From positions 381 through 64,380 of the forward strand of contig JAJPKB010000642.1 in the NCBI GenBank assembly GCA_021323915.1: DNA of 64,000 bases, written 5' to 3'. Both the position numbers and the translations under genes were made by a program. Under the pieces are notes generated by a model, which had not been told where the DNA came from, searched no databases, and was given only the letters and a program-made list of their open reading frames with translations. Numbering within the stretch: the stretch's first letter is position 1; every line of letters begins with the position of its first letter. Below, piece after piece: positions 37,245 through 45,552 of this stretch. This stretch comes from Chloroflexota bacterium. GTDB lineage: Bacteria > Chloroflexota > UBA6077 > FW602-bin22 > CADDYW01.

Positions 37245-39344
37245 GTGCAGAGCCTGAGTGCGACGCTGAAGGCGGCGCAGCAGCGCTTCGACGTCGACGC
37301 CCGGGTGTCGGTGCTGGTTTCCGATCTGCCTCCCGAGACGCCGCGGGTGGCAGGACTGACGAGCTTGTACAGCGGGAGCGAGCCGGACGCATCGTTTGAT
37401 GCGTGCTATCTGACGAGCGGGCAGATCGGGCGGGCCTACGCGGACGGAGCAGGGAACGTCTACGCCCAGGTAGTGACACCGCCGGGGAGCCCGGCGGCGT
37501 GGTCGACCTGGTACCGGCTGGATGCGACGGCCTATAGCTACGCCGGGGCCGGGGGACCGGTGGCGGTGTGGGCAAGTGGGTCGCAGCTCGTCGTGTACTG
37601 GCTGGCGGCGGACGGGCACACGATCCGGTGGGCGAGCTACCTCAGTGGAAGCTGGTCGGGGATGCTGACAGCAGTGGACGCCGGGGCGGGGTGGCTGGTG
37701 AGTGGGCTGGCGGCGGATAGCTTGGATCCGACCCAGCGGTTCTTCTACGTAGTAAGCGGGGGGCAGGTTTTCGAGACGCACTGGACCGGGACGGGCTGGT
37801 CGACGCCGGCCGGGGACGGGCAGAGCTACACGCTGCCGGAGATCGGCGCGGGGTATCTGGCGTCAGCCAATGGCTACTCGCTGGTGATCACCTACGGGAA
37901 CCCGACGACGTTGAAGCGGCGGAGCTGGACGGTGAGCAGCGGCTGGGCGTCGACCTCCACCGATCAGGTGCTGCTCCAAGCGGGAGTGGGGTCGGGATAT
38001 AGCTACGCCTCTCCTCGGATCGGTGAGGTCACGAGCACAGTGCCACGGACGGTAATCACCTGGGCGGAGACGGCGCCGGCGCCGCTGGGGACGGTGAGCC
38101 AGATCTGCTTCACCCCCAATCACGGCTGGGTGACCAACGTGGTGCCCTGGCGGTACGCCGCGACGCATGGCGTCCGGGTGTTCCGCGATACGAGCCAGTC
38201 GACTCAATACTGGTGGGTGATCACCAGTAACCAGGTCTACCGGTGTCAAGCGGACTCGGCCTCGGCAAGCGCGGGCCAGCGGATCCGGTTCACCCAGGAC
38301 GAGGTCGTCTCGCTCAAGATCGACGTCCCGCGGGAAAACCATCCCGCGGCGATCGCGATCACGGTGTTGAACCCGGAGGGCGTACTGGCGACGGCTGGTC
38401 AGGCCGGGGCGTACCTGGGGCTGCGCCAGTGGTCCCAGGTGGCGATCACGCTCGGTTATCACACGGCGAGCGGGAACGGCAACGCGGCCTACGGCTTGAA
38501 CGCCGGCGACGAGGGGGTCGTCCAGCTTCCGTGCTGGATCGAGCAGGTCGTCTTTCACGACGACATCGCGAGTGGGATGCCCCTGGTGACGCTGCATTGC
38601 GTCGACGCTTGGGGCATCCTGGAGCGCGTGCGGGTGCGAAGCTCGGTCACCTACACCGGGCTCACGGCGGCGCAGCTCCTGGCGCTGATCTGGTGGCAGG
38701 TAGCGGGGACGCCGGCCTCGGGGCTGGCCCAGCTCAGCGGGCTGACGGTGAGTCCATTCACGTTAAACGCCGGAGAGACCTACGCCCGAGCGGCCCGACG
38801 GCTCGGTGAGATCTGCGGGGTGTGCCTTCGGTTCAAGACGTCGCAGACGTCGGCCGATGGCACCGGCTGGGACTCGGTGATCGCCGAGGCGGTGCCGTGG
38901 GCGAGCGGGGGCTCGGTGTACAGCTACGGGCCGAACGCCGGCCAGCAGCCAATCGTCCAGAGCTTGGTGGCGCCCTACGTCGAGCCCTCGGCGACGTCGG
39001 TGGAGCTGAGCGGAGCGAGCACGGTGTCGCGGTGGCGGGACTGGACGTCGCTCTGGCTGCTCTGGCGGGAGCTGACCGAGCGGCTGGTGGATAAGACCTT
39101 GGCCAACCAAGCGGCGACCGACGCCGCGGCGGGGTACGTGGGGAGCTGGCTGAGCCCGGAGCAGCGGGGCGGCGAGCTGGAGGCGCTGGTCAACGTGGGG
39201 TTGGAAGTCGGCGACCAGGTGGACATCACGATTCCGACGGCGCCGATCTCGGCCCAGGTCTATACGGTGGCGGGCTACCTAACGAGCTGGGATCGCGCGC
39301 GGGGCGTGATCGTACAGACACTCCGGCTAGAGGGATCGAATTAG
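37245..39344 (+). CDS. Large structural protein with Trp-rich repeats (candidate tail or receptor-binding protein)
   Basis: 699 aa; GTG start with GGGGAGGTGGG upstream. Recurrent W-containing units are present (AWSTWYRL, IRWASYLSGSWSG, FETHWTGTGWSTP, RRSWTVSSGWAST). Confidence 0.45.
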   Translation: MQSLSATLKAAQQRFDVDARVSVLVSDLPPETPRVAGLTSLYSGSEPDASFDACYLTSGQIGRAYADGAGNVYAQVVTPPGSPAAWSTWYRLDATAYSYAGAGGPVAVWASGSQLVVYWLAADGHTIRWASYLSGSWSGMLTAVDAGAGWLVSGLAADSLDPTQRFFYVVSGGQVFETHWTGTGWSTPAGDGQSYTLPEIGAGYLASANGYSLVITYGNPTTLKRRSWTVSSGWASTSTDQVLLQAGVGSGYSYASPRIGEVTSTVPRTVITWAETAPAPLGTVSQICFTPNHGWVTNVVPWRYAATHGVRVFRDTSQSTQYWWVITSNQVYRCQADSASASAGQRIRFTQDEVVSLKIDVPRENHPAAIAITVLNPEGVLATAGQAGAYLGLRQWSQVAITLGYHTASGNGNAAYGLNAGDEGVVQLPCWIEQVVFHDDIASGMPLVTLHCVDAWGILERVRVRSSVTYTGLTAAQLLALIWWQVAGTPASGLAQLSGLTVSPFTLNAGETYARAARRLGEICGVCLRFKTSQTSADGTGWDSVIAEAVPWASGGSVYSYGPNAGQQPIVQSLVAPYVEPSATSVELSGASTVSRWRDWTSLWLLWRELTERLVDKTLANQAATDAAAGYVGSWLSPEQRGGELEALVNVGLEVGDQVDITIPTAPISAQVYTVAGYLTSWDRARGVIVQTLRLEGSN

Positions 39345-39427
39345 TGCGGAGTGATGAGTAATGAGCGGGGTAAGGAGGAGTGGGCTCATTGGGAGCGGTC
39401 TGAGCGGAGCCGCCACGGCGGGGGCTG

Positions 39428-39808
39428 ATGATCGGAGGGATCTTGTTTGAGCTGAGCAAGGCGAAGTCGTCGAGGCATCATACGACGACGCACAGGCCAG
39501 CGAGCCAAACGACGGCGCCGAGGACGAGCAAGCCGAAGAGCTCGACCAGCAAGCCCCACAAGGGGACGCACGCGACGAGCCACGTAACCGAGCCGGCGAT
39601 CAATCGGGCTCACGCGACGATTCAGGGATTCGACAGCGGGAGCTATACCGCGACGATCAGCCTGGCGCGGTCGCCGGATACGACGATCGCGAATGTGCCG
39701 GTCAGTCGAGCGATTAGCGCGAGCCTACTGACGGTGGGAGCGACCGCGGCGGTGATGTTCTTCGACAGCCACGATTCGGCAGACGCGATGATCGTGGGGG
39801 TGCATTGA
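39428..39808 (+). CDS. Hypothetical protein, basic low-complexity N-terminus plus small beta-rich C-terminal domain
   Basis: 126 aa. The C-terminal part ATIQGFDSGSYTATISLARSPDTTIANVPVSRAIS..VGATAAVMFFDSHDSADAMIVGV resembles small OB-fold plug or baseplate-V-like proteins. Weak evidence. Confidence 0.35.
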   Translation: MIGGILFELSKAKSSRHHTTTHRPASQTTAPRTSKPKSSTSKPHKGTHATSHVTEPAINRAHATIQGFDSGSYTATISLARSPDTTIANVPVSRAISASLLTVGATAAVMFFDSHDSADAMIVGVH

Positions 39809-39863
39809 CGGGAGTGTATTGACGAGGGGGACTCGGTTCTCAGATCTGAACACGGGAGGGTTT

Positions 39864-40214
39864 ATGGGGAGTTTGAACGTTTCGGATCTGGTGGGGCTGG
39901 CCGGAGCGCCGTTGGTGCTGGCACTCGTCCAGCTCGTGCGCGCGACCTGGCCGGAGCTGCCGACGCACTACGTGCCGGCGCTGACGCTGGCGATCGCCAT
40001 TGGGTTGAACCTGGCCTTGTCGACAGTGACCGGGGCGAGCCTGCAGTCGGTGGTGCTGGTAGGGATGCTGACCGGGCTGACAGCAAGCGGGCTGTATAGT
40101 CACGCCAGGGCGGGACAGAACGCAGCATCGACGAAGGCGTTGCCATCGCGGGCGAGCGCGGAGCCAAGCCTGGAGGTCGCCACGGGGGCGCAAGAGCGGA
40201 GGGAGCCGAGGTGA
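39864..40214 (+). CDS. Holin-like three-TM membrane protein
   Basis: MGSLNVSDLVGLAGAPLVLALVQLV.., ..VPALTLAIAIGLNLALS.. and ..VVLVGMLTGLTASGLY, followed by a charged tail. It lies in the lysis region of the block; the ORF extends to 39819. Confidence 0.5.
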   Translation: MGSLNVSDLVGLAGAPLVLALVQLVRATWPELPTHYVPALTLAIAIGLNLALSTVTGASLQSVVLVGMLTGLTASGLYSHARAGQNAASTKALPSRASAEPSLEVATGAQERREPR

Positions 40215-40621
40215 GTAACTATGATAGCCAGGGGAACCTGATGGTGGTCAATGCCAAGCAGACCTACGGAGCGGCCGGGGGGGACACGGCGGGGGCGACC
40301 CTGGAGCAGCAGGTACCGACGACCTGGGCGATTGATTCGGGGGCACACGCGGGACCCGGGGTGACGATCACCCGGGGCGCAGTGGCGGGGAAGTCGCACT
40401 ACGTCTGTGGGATCGCGATCAGCTATTCGGGGGGAAATTCGGGAGACTGGTATGTGCAGGCGGGCGGCGTGGGGTCGCTGATCGGCCAGTATGGAGCACT
40501 GTTCAATCAGGCGTTCCCGAATCCGATCCAGATCGGGCAGGGCCAGTCGGTGAGTCTGGTGCTGGAGAACGGGAACGCAAGCTATAACTATCGGCTGAGC
40601 ATGTGGGGCTACACGGCGTAG
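40211..40621 (+). CDS. Hypothetical Gly-rich beta protein
   Basis: 136 aa. The GTG start overlaps the holin-like stop. No motif was recognised. Confidence 0.45.
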   Translation: MSNYDSQGNLMVVNAKQTYGAAGGDTAGATLEQQVPTTWAIDSGAHAGPGVTITRGAVAGKSHYVCGIAISYSGGNSGDWYVQAGGVGSLIGQYGALFNQAFPNPIQIGQGQSVSLVLENGNASYNYRLSMWGYTA

Positions 40622-40635
40622 GCGAGGAGGACATT

Positions 40636-40959
40636 TTGCCAGCGAAGAAGAAAGTGGGCACGGTGGCGGCGCTGATGGCGGAGGAAGCGGACCTTCGGGC
40701 GCCGAAGAAAGGGGGAAAAATGGCGAACCTGGGGTTCACGCAGACGGATCTGGCCAACGCGCTCAAGTCAAAGCTCGCGAGCGGGGTGAAGGTGGCGATG
40801 TATAACCAGGGTGACGGGGGATTGGCGGTGACGCTCGAGCTGGTGGGGACAGCGTTCCAGGTGGTGAGCCTGGGGCCAGAGGTGCTGCCAGATGGGATCG
40901 CGATGGGAGACGCGGCGATGCTGGTGCTGGGAGTAGCGCGGCCGGAGGTGCGTGCGTGA
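40636..40959 (+). CDS. Hypothetical protein
   Basis: TTG start at 40636 with AGGAGG 5 nt upstream. 107 aa. Overlaps the SLT gene start. Confidence 0.4.
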   Translation: MPAKKKVGTVAALMAEEADLRAPKKGGKMANLGFTQTDLANALKSKLASGVKVAMYNQGDGGLAVTLELVGTAFQVVSLGPEVLPDGIAMGDAAMLVLGVARPEVRA

Positions 40960-41555
40960 GTCAGGAGCAGGTACGACGGTTCGCCGGGCTGATCCAGTCC
41001 TACGCGAGGAAATACCGGCATCGAGCGAGCCTTGTCGCGGGGCTGATCGATTGCGAGAGTGGAGGAGATCCGCAGGCGACGTCGCCGGATAACGGGCCGG
41101 GGCTGGGGCACGCGCTCGGGCTGATGCAGGTGCTGCAGGGACATTTCGGGAGCAATCAAAACGGCTACGATCCGGCGACGAATCTGGAGGTAGGCTGTCG
41201 GATCCTGCGGGAGAAGATAGACGCTTTTGGTGGCAGAGTCGACTCGGGCCTGGCAGCGTACTTCGGGGCGATCGATGCAAACGGGAATCCGACCGATGGA
41301 ACGGACGTGACCGGCACGTCGGGGAAGAAGTACGTCGCGGAGGTCCTGGACGCCGCGCAGACATACGCGGATCTCGACGCGCCGGCGAGAGTGGATCCGG
41401 ATTTCGTCCAGTACGCGCCGCAGACCGGGACCTGGCGGGAGGCGGCCGTCAACCTGAAGGGGATCGCCGATCGAGCGCTGGCGAGCGGGCGGGAGCTCGT
41501 GGCGATCGCCCGGAAAGCGTTGGCGGAGGCGGAGGAGAGCTGGGGCAGCCAGTAA
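40956..41555 (+). CDS. Lytic transglycosylase (SLT domain), endolysin or virion-associated muramidase
   Basis: SLT signature ESGGDPQATSPDNGPGLGHALGLMQV with the catalytic Glu in CESGG. 199 aa. Confidence 0.8.
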   Translation: MSQEQVRRFAGLIQSYARKYRHRASLVAGLIDCESGGDPQATSPDNGPGLGHALGLMQVLQGHFGSNQNGYDPATNLEVGCRILREKIDAFGGRVDSGLAAYFGAIDANGNPTDGTDVTGTSGKKYVAEVLDAAQTYADLDAPARVDPDFVQYAPQTGTWREAAVNLKGIADRALASGRELVAIARKALAEAEESWGSQ

Positions 41556-41657
41556 GGAAGTACCATGGCGGAGTAACTCGTGTTCCTCTGCACTTTATGC
41601 TTCGCCTCGGCTATAGTAGGCTATAGTCATCGAAACGCATCTGCCAGGAGAAGAAGG

Positions 41658-42764
41658 ATGGCGAGCCAGGCGAAAGGGCAGACTTTGCTCTACGTGGGGA
41701 CTTTTACCGGCGCCCCACCGCATACCTATGGCAAGGCGGAAGGAATCTACCTCTACGAGGTGGATTTCGCGGCCGGGAGGCTGAGGCACCGACAGACGAT
41801 GCCGGACGTTCCCAATCCTTCCTTCATCACCCTCGCGCCGGACGGGACGCACCTCTATTCGGTGAACGCGAACGCCGAGATCGACGGCCACCCGGGCGGG
41901 GCACTGAGCGCGTTCGCGATCGACCCGAACGATGGGACGCTGACGTTCCTGAATCGAGAGTCAGTGCAGAGCGCTGGCCCTTGCCATGTGAGCGTCGACC
42001 GCACCGGCCATTGGGCCCTTTCTACCTCCTACGCTGGTGGAAGTGCCGCGGTGCTGCCGATCCAGGCCGACGGTCGCCTCGGGTCGGCAACGGACGTCAT
42101 TTATTATACCGGCACCGGCCCGCATCCGGTCTCGCAACAGGGGCCGCATGCCCACTCGGTCAACCTCGACCCGGCCAATCGCTACGCCCTGATCTGCAAC
42201 CAGGGGCTGGACCGTGTCTTCATTTACCTGTTCGACGCCGAGCGCGGCAAGCTCGTGCCGAATCCGGCCCAGCCCTTTGCCGAGACCGATCCGGCGACTG
42301 GACCACGCCACCTGGCCTTCCACCCCAACGGCCGGTACGTCTACGTGATCAACGAGCAGGGCGGCTCGATCACTGTCTTTTCCTATAACCCGGAGCTTGG
42401 CACCCTGCTGACGATCCAGACGATCTCGACGCTGCCGGCCGGCTTCACCGGCCAGAACGCCTGTGCCGACGTCCATGTTCACCCCTCCGGGCGTTTCGTC
42501 TACGGCTCGAATCGCGGCCACGACAGCCTGGCGATCTTCGCGGTGGACGAAGCGCTCGGCCGTCTGACCCCGCTCGGCCACCAATCGACGCTTGGCCAGA
42601 CGCCACGGAACTTTACGATCGATCCAACCGGCGCGCACCTGCTCGTCGCGAACCAGGATAGCGACTCGATTATCCTGTTCACGGTCGATCAGCAGACGGG
42701 GCAGCTGGAGTCCCGGGGACAGGTCGCGCAAGTGCCAACGCCGTCGTGTCTGCTCCTGGCGTAA
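41658..42764 (+). CDS. 7-bladed beta-propeller lactonase (6-phosphogluconolactonase, YbhE/Pgl type)
   Basis: Repeats GPRHLAFHPNGRYVYVINE, HVHPSGRFVYGSNRG and TPRNFTIDPTGAHLLVANQDS. AGGAGAAGAAGG RBS before the ATG at 41658. Confidence 0.8.
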   Translation: MASQAKGQTLLYVGTFTGAPPHTYGKAEGIYLYEVDFAAGRLRHRQTMPDVPNPSFITLAPDGTHLYSVNANAEIDGHPGGALSAFAIDPNDGTLTFLNRESVQSAGPCHVSVDRTGHWALSTSYAGGSAAVLPIQADGRLGSATDVIYYTGTGPHPVSQQGPHAHSVNLDPANRYALICNQGLDRVFIYLFDAERGKLVPNPAQPFAETDPATGPRHLAFHPNGRYVYVINEQGGSITVFSYNPELGTLLTIQTISTLPAGFTGQNACADVHVHPSGRFVYGSNRGHDSLAIFAVDEALGRLTPLGHQSTLGQTPRNFTIDPTGAHLLVANQDSDSIILFTVDQQTGQLESRGQVAQVPTPSCLLLA

Positions 42765-42800
42765 GGAGAGAAGGAATTCCAGTTATCGTCGGAGGTAACC

Positions 42801-44111
42801 GTGGCGACGAACCTGACTGCCGTCAGTGGCGCCGAGCAGCAGCGGGAGCTGCTGGCGATCGCGGGCCGCGTGCTCGCTGGTGGAGGGCTAGGACTTTTCA
42901 CCTTGCCCGACGAGGTGAACCTCGTCGTCGCCGAGGGGAAGGGCAGCCACGTCACCGACGTGGCCGGCCGCGACTACATCGACTACCACCTGGGCTCTGG
43001 GCCGGACCTTCTGGGTCATGCCCATCCGGCGATCACCGCGGCCGTTGCCGCCCAGCTCGGCAAGGGCACGACCTTTTATTTCCTCAATGAGCCGGCGATT
43101 CGCCTTGCCGAGCGTCTCGTCGAGGCCGTTCCCTGCGCCGAGACCCTCCACTTCACCGGCTCGGGCACCGAGGCCACTTTCTTCGCTCTGCGCGTTGCCC
43201 GCGCTCATACCAAGCGCTCGAAGATCCTGAAGTTCGAGGGCGGTTGGCACGGTATGCACGACTATGCCCTCTGGGGAACCGTGCCCAGCGAGGCCAGTGA
43301 TTATCCGCGCGCCCGGCCCGATTCGGCCGGGATTCCCGAGGTGATCGGCGGTGAGGTCCTGGTCGCGCCGTTCAACGACCCGGAGCGCGCGGTCGAGCTG
43401 ATCAATCAGCACGCCCACGAGCTAGCGGCGGTCATCGTCGAGCCCCTCCAGCGCGTGCTGACTCCGCGCCCGGGCTTCCTCGAAGCGGTGCGCGAAGCGA
43501 CCCGCCGCCACGGCGTCGTTCTGATCTTCGACGAGATCGTGACCGGCTTCCGGATCGCCTGGGGTGGGGCCCAGGAGCGCTACGGCGTCGTCCCCGACCT
43601 GGCGACCTACGGCAAGGCGATGGCCGGGGGTTTTCCGATGGCCTGCCTCGTCGGCCGCGCCGAGATCATGGCCGCCCTGGATGGCCGCCGCCTGCCACGG
43701 ACCGAATTGGTCTGGGCGAGTGGCACGCTCAACGGCAATCCGATCAGCGCGACGGCTGGCTTGGCCGCGCTTGACGTCCTCTCTCAACCCGGAACCTACG
43801 AGCACTTGCACCGGATCGGCGGCCGCCTGCGCGCGGGCATCGTCGAGGCCGGGCGTCGGCGCGGCTTCCCGACCCAGGCGCTGGGCGAAGACGCCGTGTT
43901 TGGCATCCGCTTCCTCGAGAACGACGACGTCAAGAGCTGGCTGGATCTGCAAGCCCACGATCGCGCCCTCGGCCTGCGCTGGGGCATCGAGTGTCTCAAG
44001 CGCGGCCTCCTGGTCAATCCCAACGAGAAGTTCTACGTCTCACTCGCCCACACCGACGCCGACGTCGATCGGACTTTGGAGATTTGCGATGCCGCCTTCG
44101 CGGTCCTTTAG
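42801..44111 (+). CDS. Class-III PLP-dependent aminotransferase (GSA aminomutase-like)
   Basis: GSGTEATFFALRVARA, FDEIVTGFR and TYGKAMAGGFP (PLP Lys). GTG start with GGAGG. Confidence 0.85.
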   Translation: MATNLTAVSGAEQQRELLAIAGRVLAGGGLGLFTLPDEVNLVVAEGKGSHVTDVAGRDYIDYHLGSGPDLLGHAHPAITAAVAAQLGKGTTFYFLNEPAIRLAERLVEAVPCAETLHFTGSGTEATFFALRVARAHTKRSKILKFEGGWHGMHDYALWGTVPSEASDYPRARPDSAGIPEVIGGEVLVAPFNDPERAVELINQHAHELAAVIVEPLQRVLTPRPGFLEAVREATRRHGVVLIFDEIVTGFRIAWGGAQERYGVVPDLATYGKAMAGGFPMACLVGRAEIMAALDGRRLPRTELVWASGTLNGNPISATAGLAALDVLSQPGTYEHLHRIGGRLRAGIVEAGRRRGFPTQALGEDAVFGIRFLENDDVKSWLDLQAHDRALGLRWGIECLKRGLLVNPNEKFYVSLAHTDADVDRTLEICDAAFAVL

Positions 44112-44139
44112 TCGTGTATCCACCCCAAAAGCCGCGAAT

Positions 44140-44180
44140 GGTCATGCTGAGCCCTTCGCTCCGCTCCGCTCAGCATGACC
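44140..44180 (+). repeat. 13-bp perfect-stem palindrome (REP-like/terminator) GGTCATGCTGAGC...GCTCAGCATGACC
   Basis: Arms at 44140-44152 and 44168-44180 with a 15-nt loop, 29 nt after the aminotransferase stop. Confidence 0.5.
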
Positions 44181-44243
44181 GGTGATACGGACTTGGTGGA
44201 TGCACTATTTAGGGATGAGAAAATTAGGGATGAGGAAAAACGA

Positions 44244-45062
44244 ATGAAGTATCGCTACGAAGAGATGACCTGGCCCGAGATTCGCGAGGCAGTGACCCTC
44301 GATCCGGTCGTCGTTTTGCCGGTGGGGACCACCGAGCAGCACGGCTACCACCTCCCGCTGATGGTCGACTACCTCTGCGCGGACGAGGTCGCGCGCGCCG
44401 CGGTCGAGCAAGCCGCGCCCTACGCGCTCTTGATGCACCCGGTCCCCTATTCCTTCAACGAGCACCACCTCGACTACCCTGGCACGATCGCCGTCGACGC
44501 GCACACGATCATCGACTACGTCGTCTGCATCGGTCGCTCGCTGGCGCACCACGGCTTCCGCCACATCCTCCTGCTGAACGGCCATGGCTCGAACGTCCCG
44601 TTTCTCGACATCGCGGCGCGCCTGATCACCAACCAGACGCCGGCGATCTGCGCGATGACGTCGTGGTGGTCGATGCTGACGAAAGAGGATTTAAGCTGGC
44701 GAGAGTCGCGCTTTCCGGGCGGCATGGCCCACGCCTGCGAGCTCGAGACGTCCATGCTGCTTCACCTGCGCAGTGACCTCGTCGACATGACCAAGGCGGT
44801 CGACGAGGTTGACGGGGTCCAGACCAGCGAGAGCATCTACTGGGATCTGAACGACAGCGGTCCGGTGACCTTCCAGGAGTTCTTCTCGCGGAACACGTTG
44901 TCCGGCGTCCAGGGCCAGCCGACGCTGGCCACCGCCGAGAAAGGAGCCCGGGCGCTCGAAGTGGCGGCAAGCCGCCTCGCGAAATTTCTGGCGGAGTTTC
45001 GCCAGCGCGAGATCCGCCCCCGCCGCGACCTCCACGATGCCGAGAAGTACCCGACGCCGTGA
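44244..45062 (+). CDS. Creatininase-family amidohydrolase
   Basis: PVGTTEQHGYHLPL and LLNGHGSN motifs. GAGGAAAAACGA before the ATG at 44244. Confidence 0.85.
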   Translation: MKYRYEEMTWPEIREAVTLDPVVVLPVGTTEQHGYHLPLMVDYLCADEVARAAVEQAAPYALLMHPVPYSFNEHHLDYPGTIAVDAHTIIDYVVCIGRSLAHHGFRHILLLNGHGSNVPFLDIAARLITNQTPAICAMTSWWSMLTKEDLSWRESRFPGGMAHACELETSMLLHLRSDLVDMTKAVDEVDGVQTSESIYWDLNDSGPVTFQEFFSRNTLSGVQGQPTLATAEKGARALEVAASRLAKFLAEFRQREIRPRRDLHDAEKYPTP

Positions 45063-45078
45063 AGGACCGTCGCCTCAG

Positions 45079-45165
45079 CCCCTCTCCATCTGACGATAGA
45101 GAGGGGTGCCGGCCACCCCTCTCTCCCCTTTTCAGCCTCGGCTTGAGAGGGGTAGGGGGTGAGGC
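45079..45165. repeat. REP-like cluster of CCCCTCTC/GAGAGGGG palindromes
   Basis: CCCCTCTC (45079-45086) pairs with GAGAGGGG (45099-45106). A second unit runs CCCCTCTCTCCCC (45116-45128) ... GAGAGGGGTAGGGGGTGAGG. Confidence 0.5.
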
Positions 45166-45256
45166 AACGCTCGGCCTGCGCGCCCAAGACCGTCGCTGAT
45201 CATTTTGCTGGCCGGAAACCTGATATACTCTCAGTGAACCTGAGGGGAAGTGACCT

Positions 45257-45552
45257 ATGGCAAAAGAGATAGCTCGCTTCAACGATCGTATCATTGAGGA
45301 TCCCCGAATTATGTTCGGGAAGCCCGTGGTGTGGTAAAGGGGACACGCATCCCCGTGGACCTAGTGCTTGAGGAGCTAGCCTACAACCCTGACCTGAATG
45401 AGCTCTTCGCTGCCCATCCCGCCCTCACCATCGAGGACGTCCAAGCCTGCTTTGCCTATGCAAACGAGCTGACCACTCCTACGCCTGCCCGTGATATCGC
45501 TTCAGACCAGTCCTCACAGAACTCGCTTTGGCCGCTAAACAGTGCTATCTAA
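45257..45552 (+). pseudogene. DUF433-family gene split by a frameshift
   Basis: MAKEIARFNDRIIEDPRIMFGKPVVW* (45257-45337) and (V)KGTRIPVDLVLEELAYNPDLNELFAAHPALTIEDVQACFAYANE (45331-45552) together give the DUF433 signature ..GKPv.kGTRipv. The two pieces are in different frames and overlap at GTGGTGTGGTAAAGG. Confidence 0.6.

Larger units (their letters stand above)
29745..41555 (+). mobile_element. Phage-derived head/short-tail/lysis gene block without integrase, regulation or replication genes (GTA-like or domesticated/defective prophage)
   Basis: 13 co-directional, tightly packed ORFs with start/stop overlaps at 32000-32007, 40211-40214 and 40956-40959. They include TerL, a putative portal, a capsid fusion, a holin-like protein and an SLT lysozyme. 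No integrase, att repeat or tRNA is seen at either flank. Confidence 0.7.

Noticed and set aside
29652-41660. Search for integrase, att direct repeats or a tRNA target flanking the phage-derived block.
   Set aside because: Nothing convincing was found by eye. The only local repeat is the tandem GGCTATAGT(A)GGCTATAGT at ~41612-41630, which looks like a promoter duplication for the lactonase gene. An exhaustive repeat search needs software.
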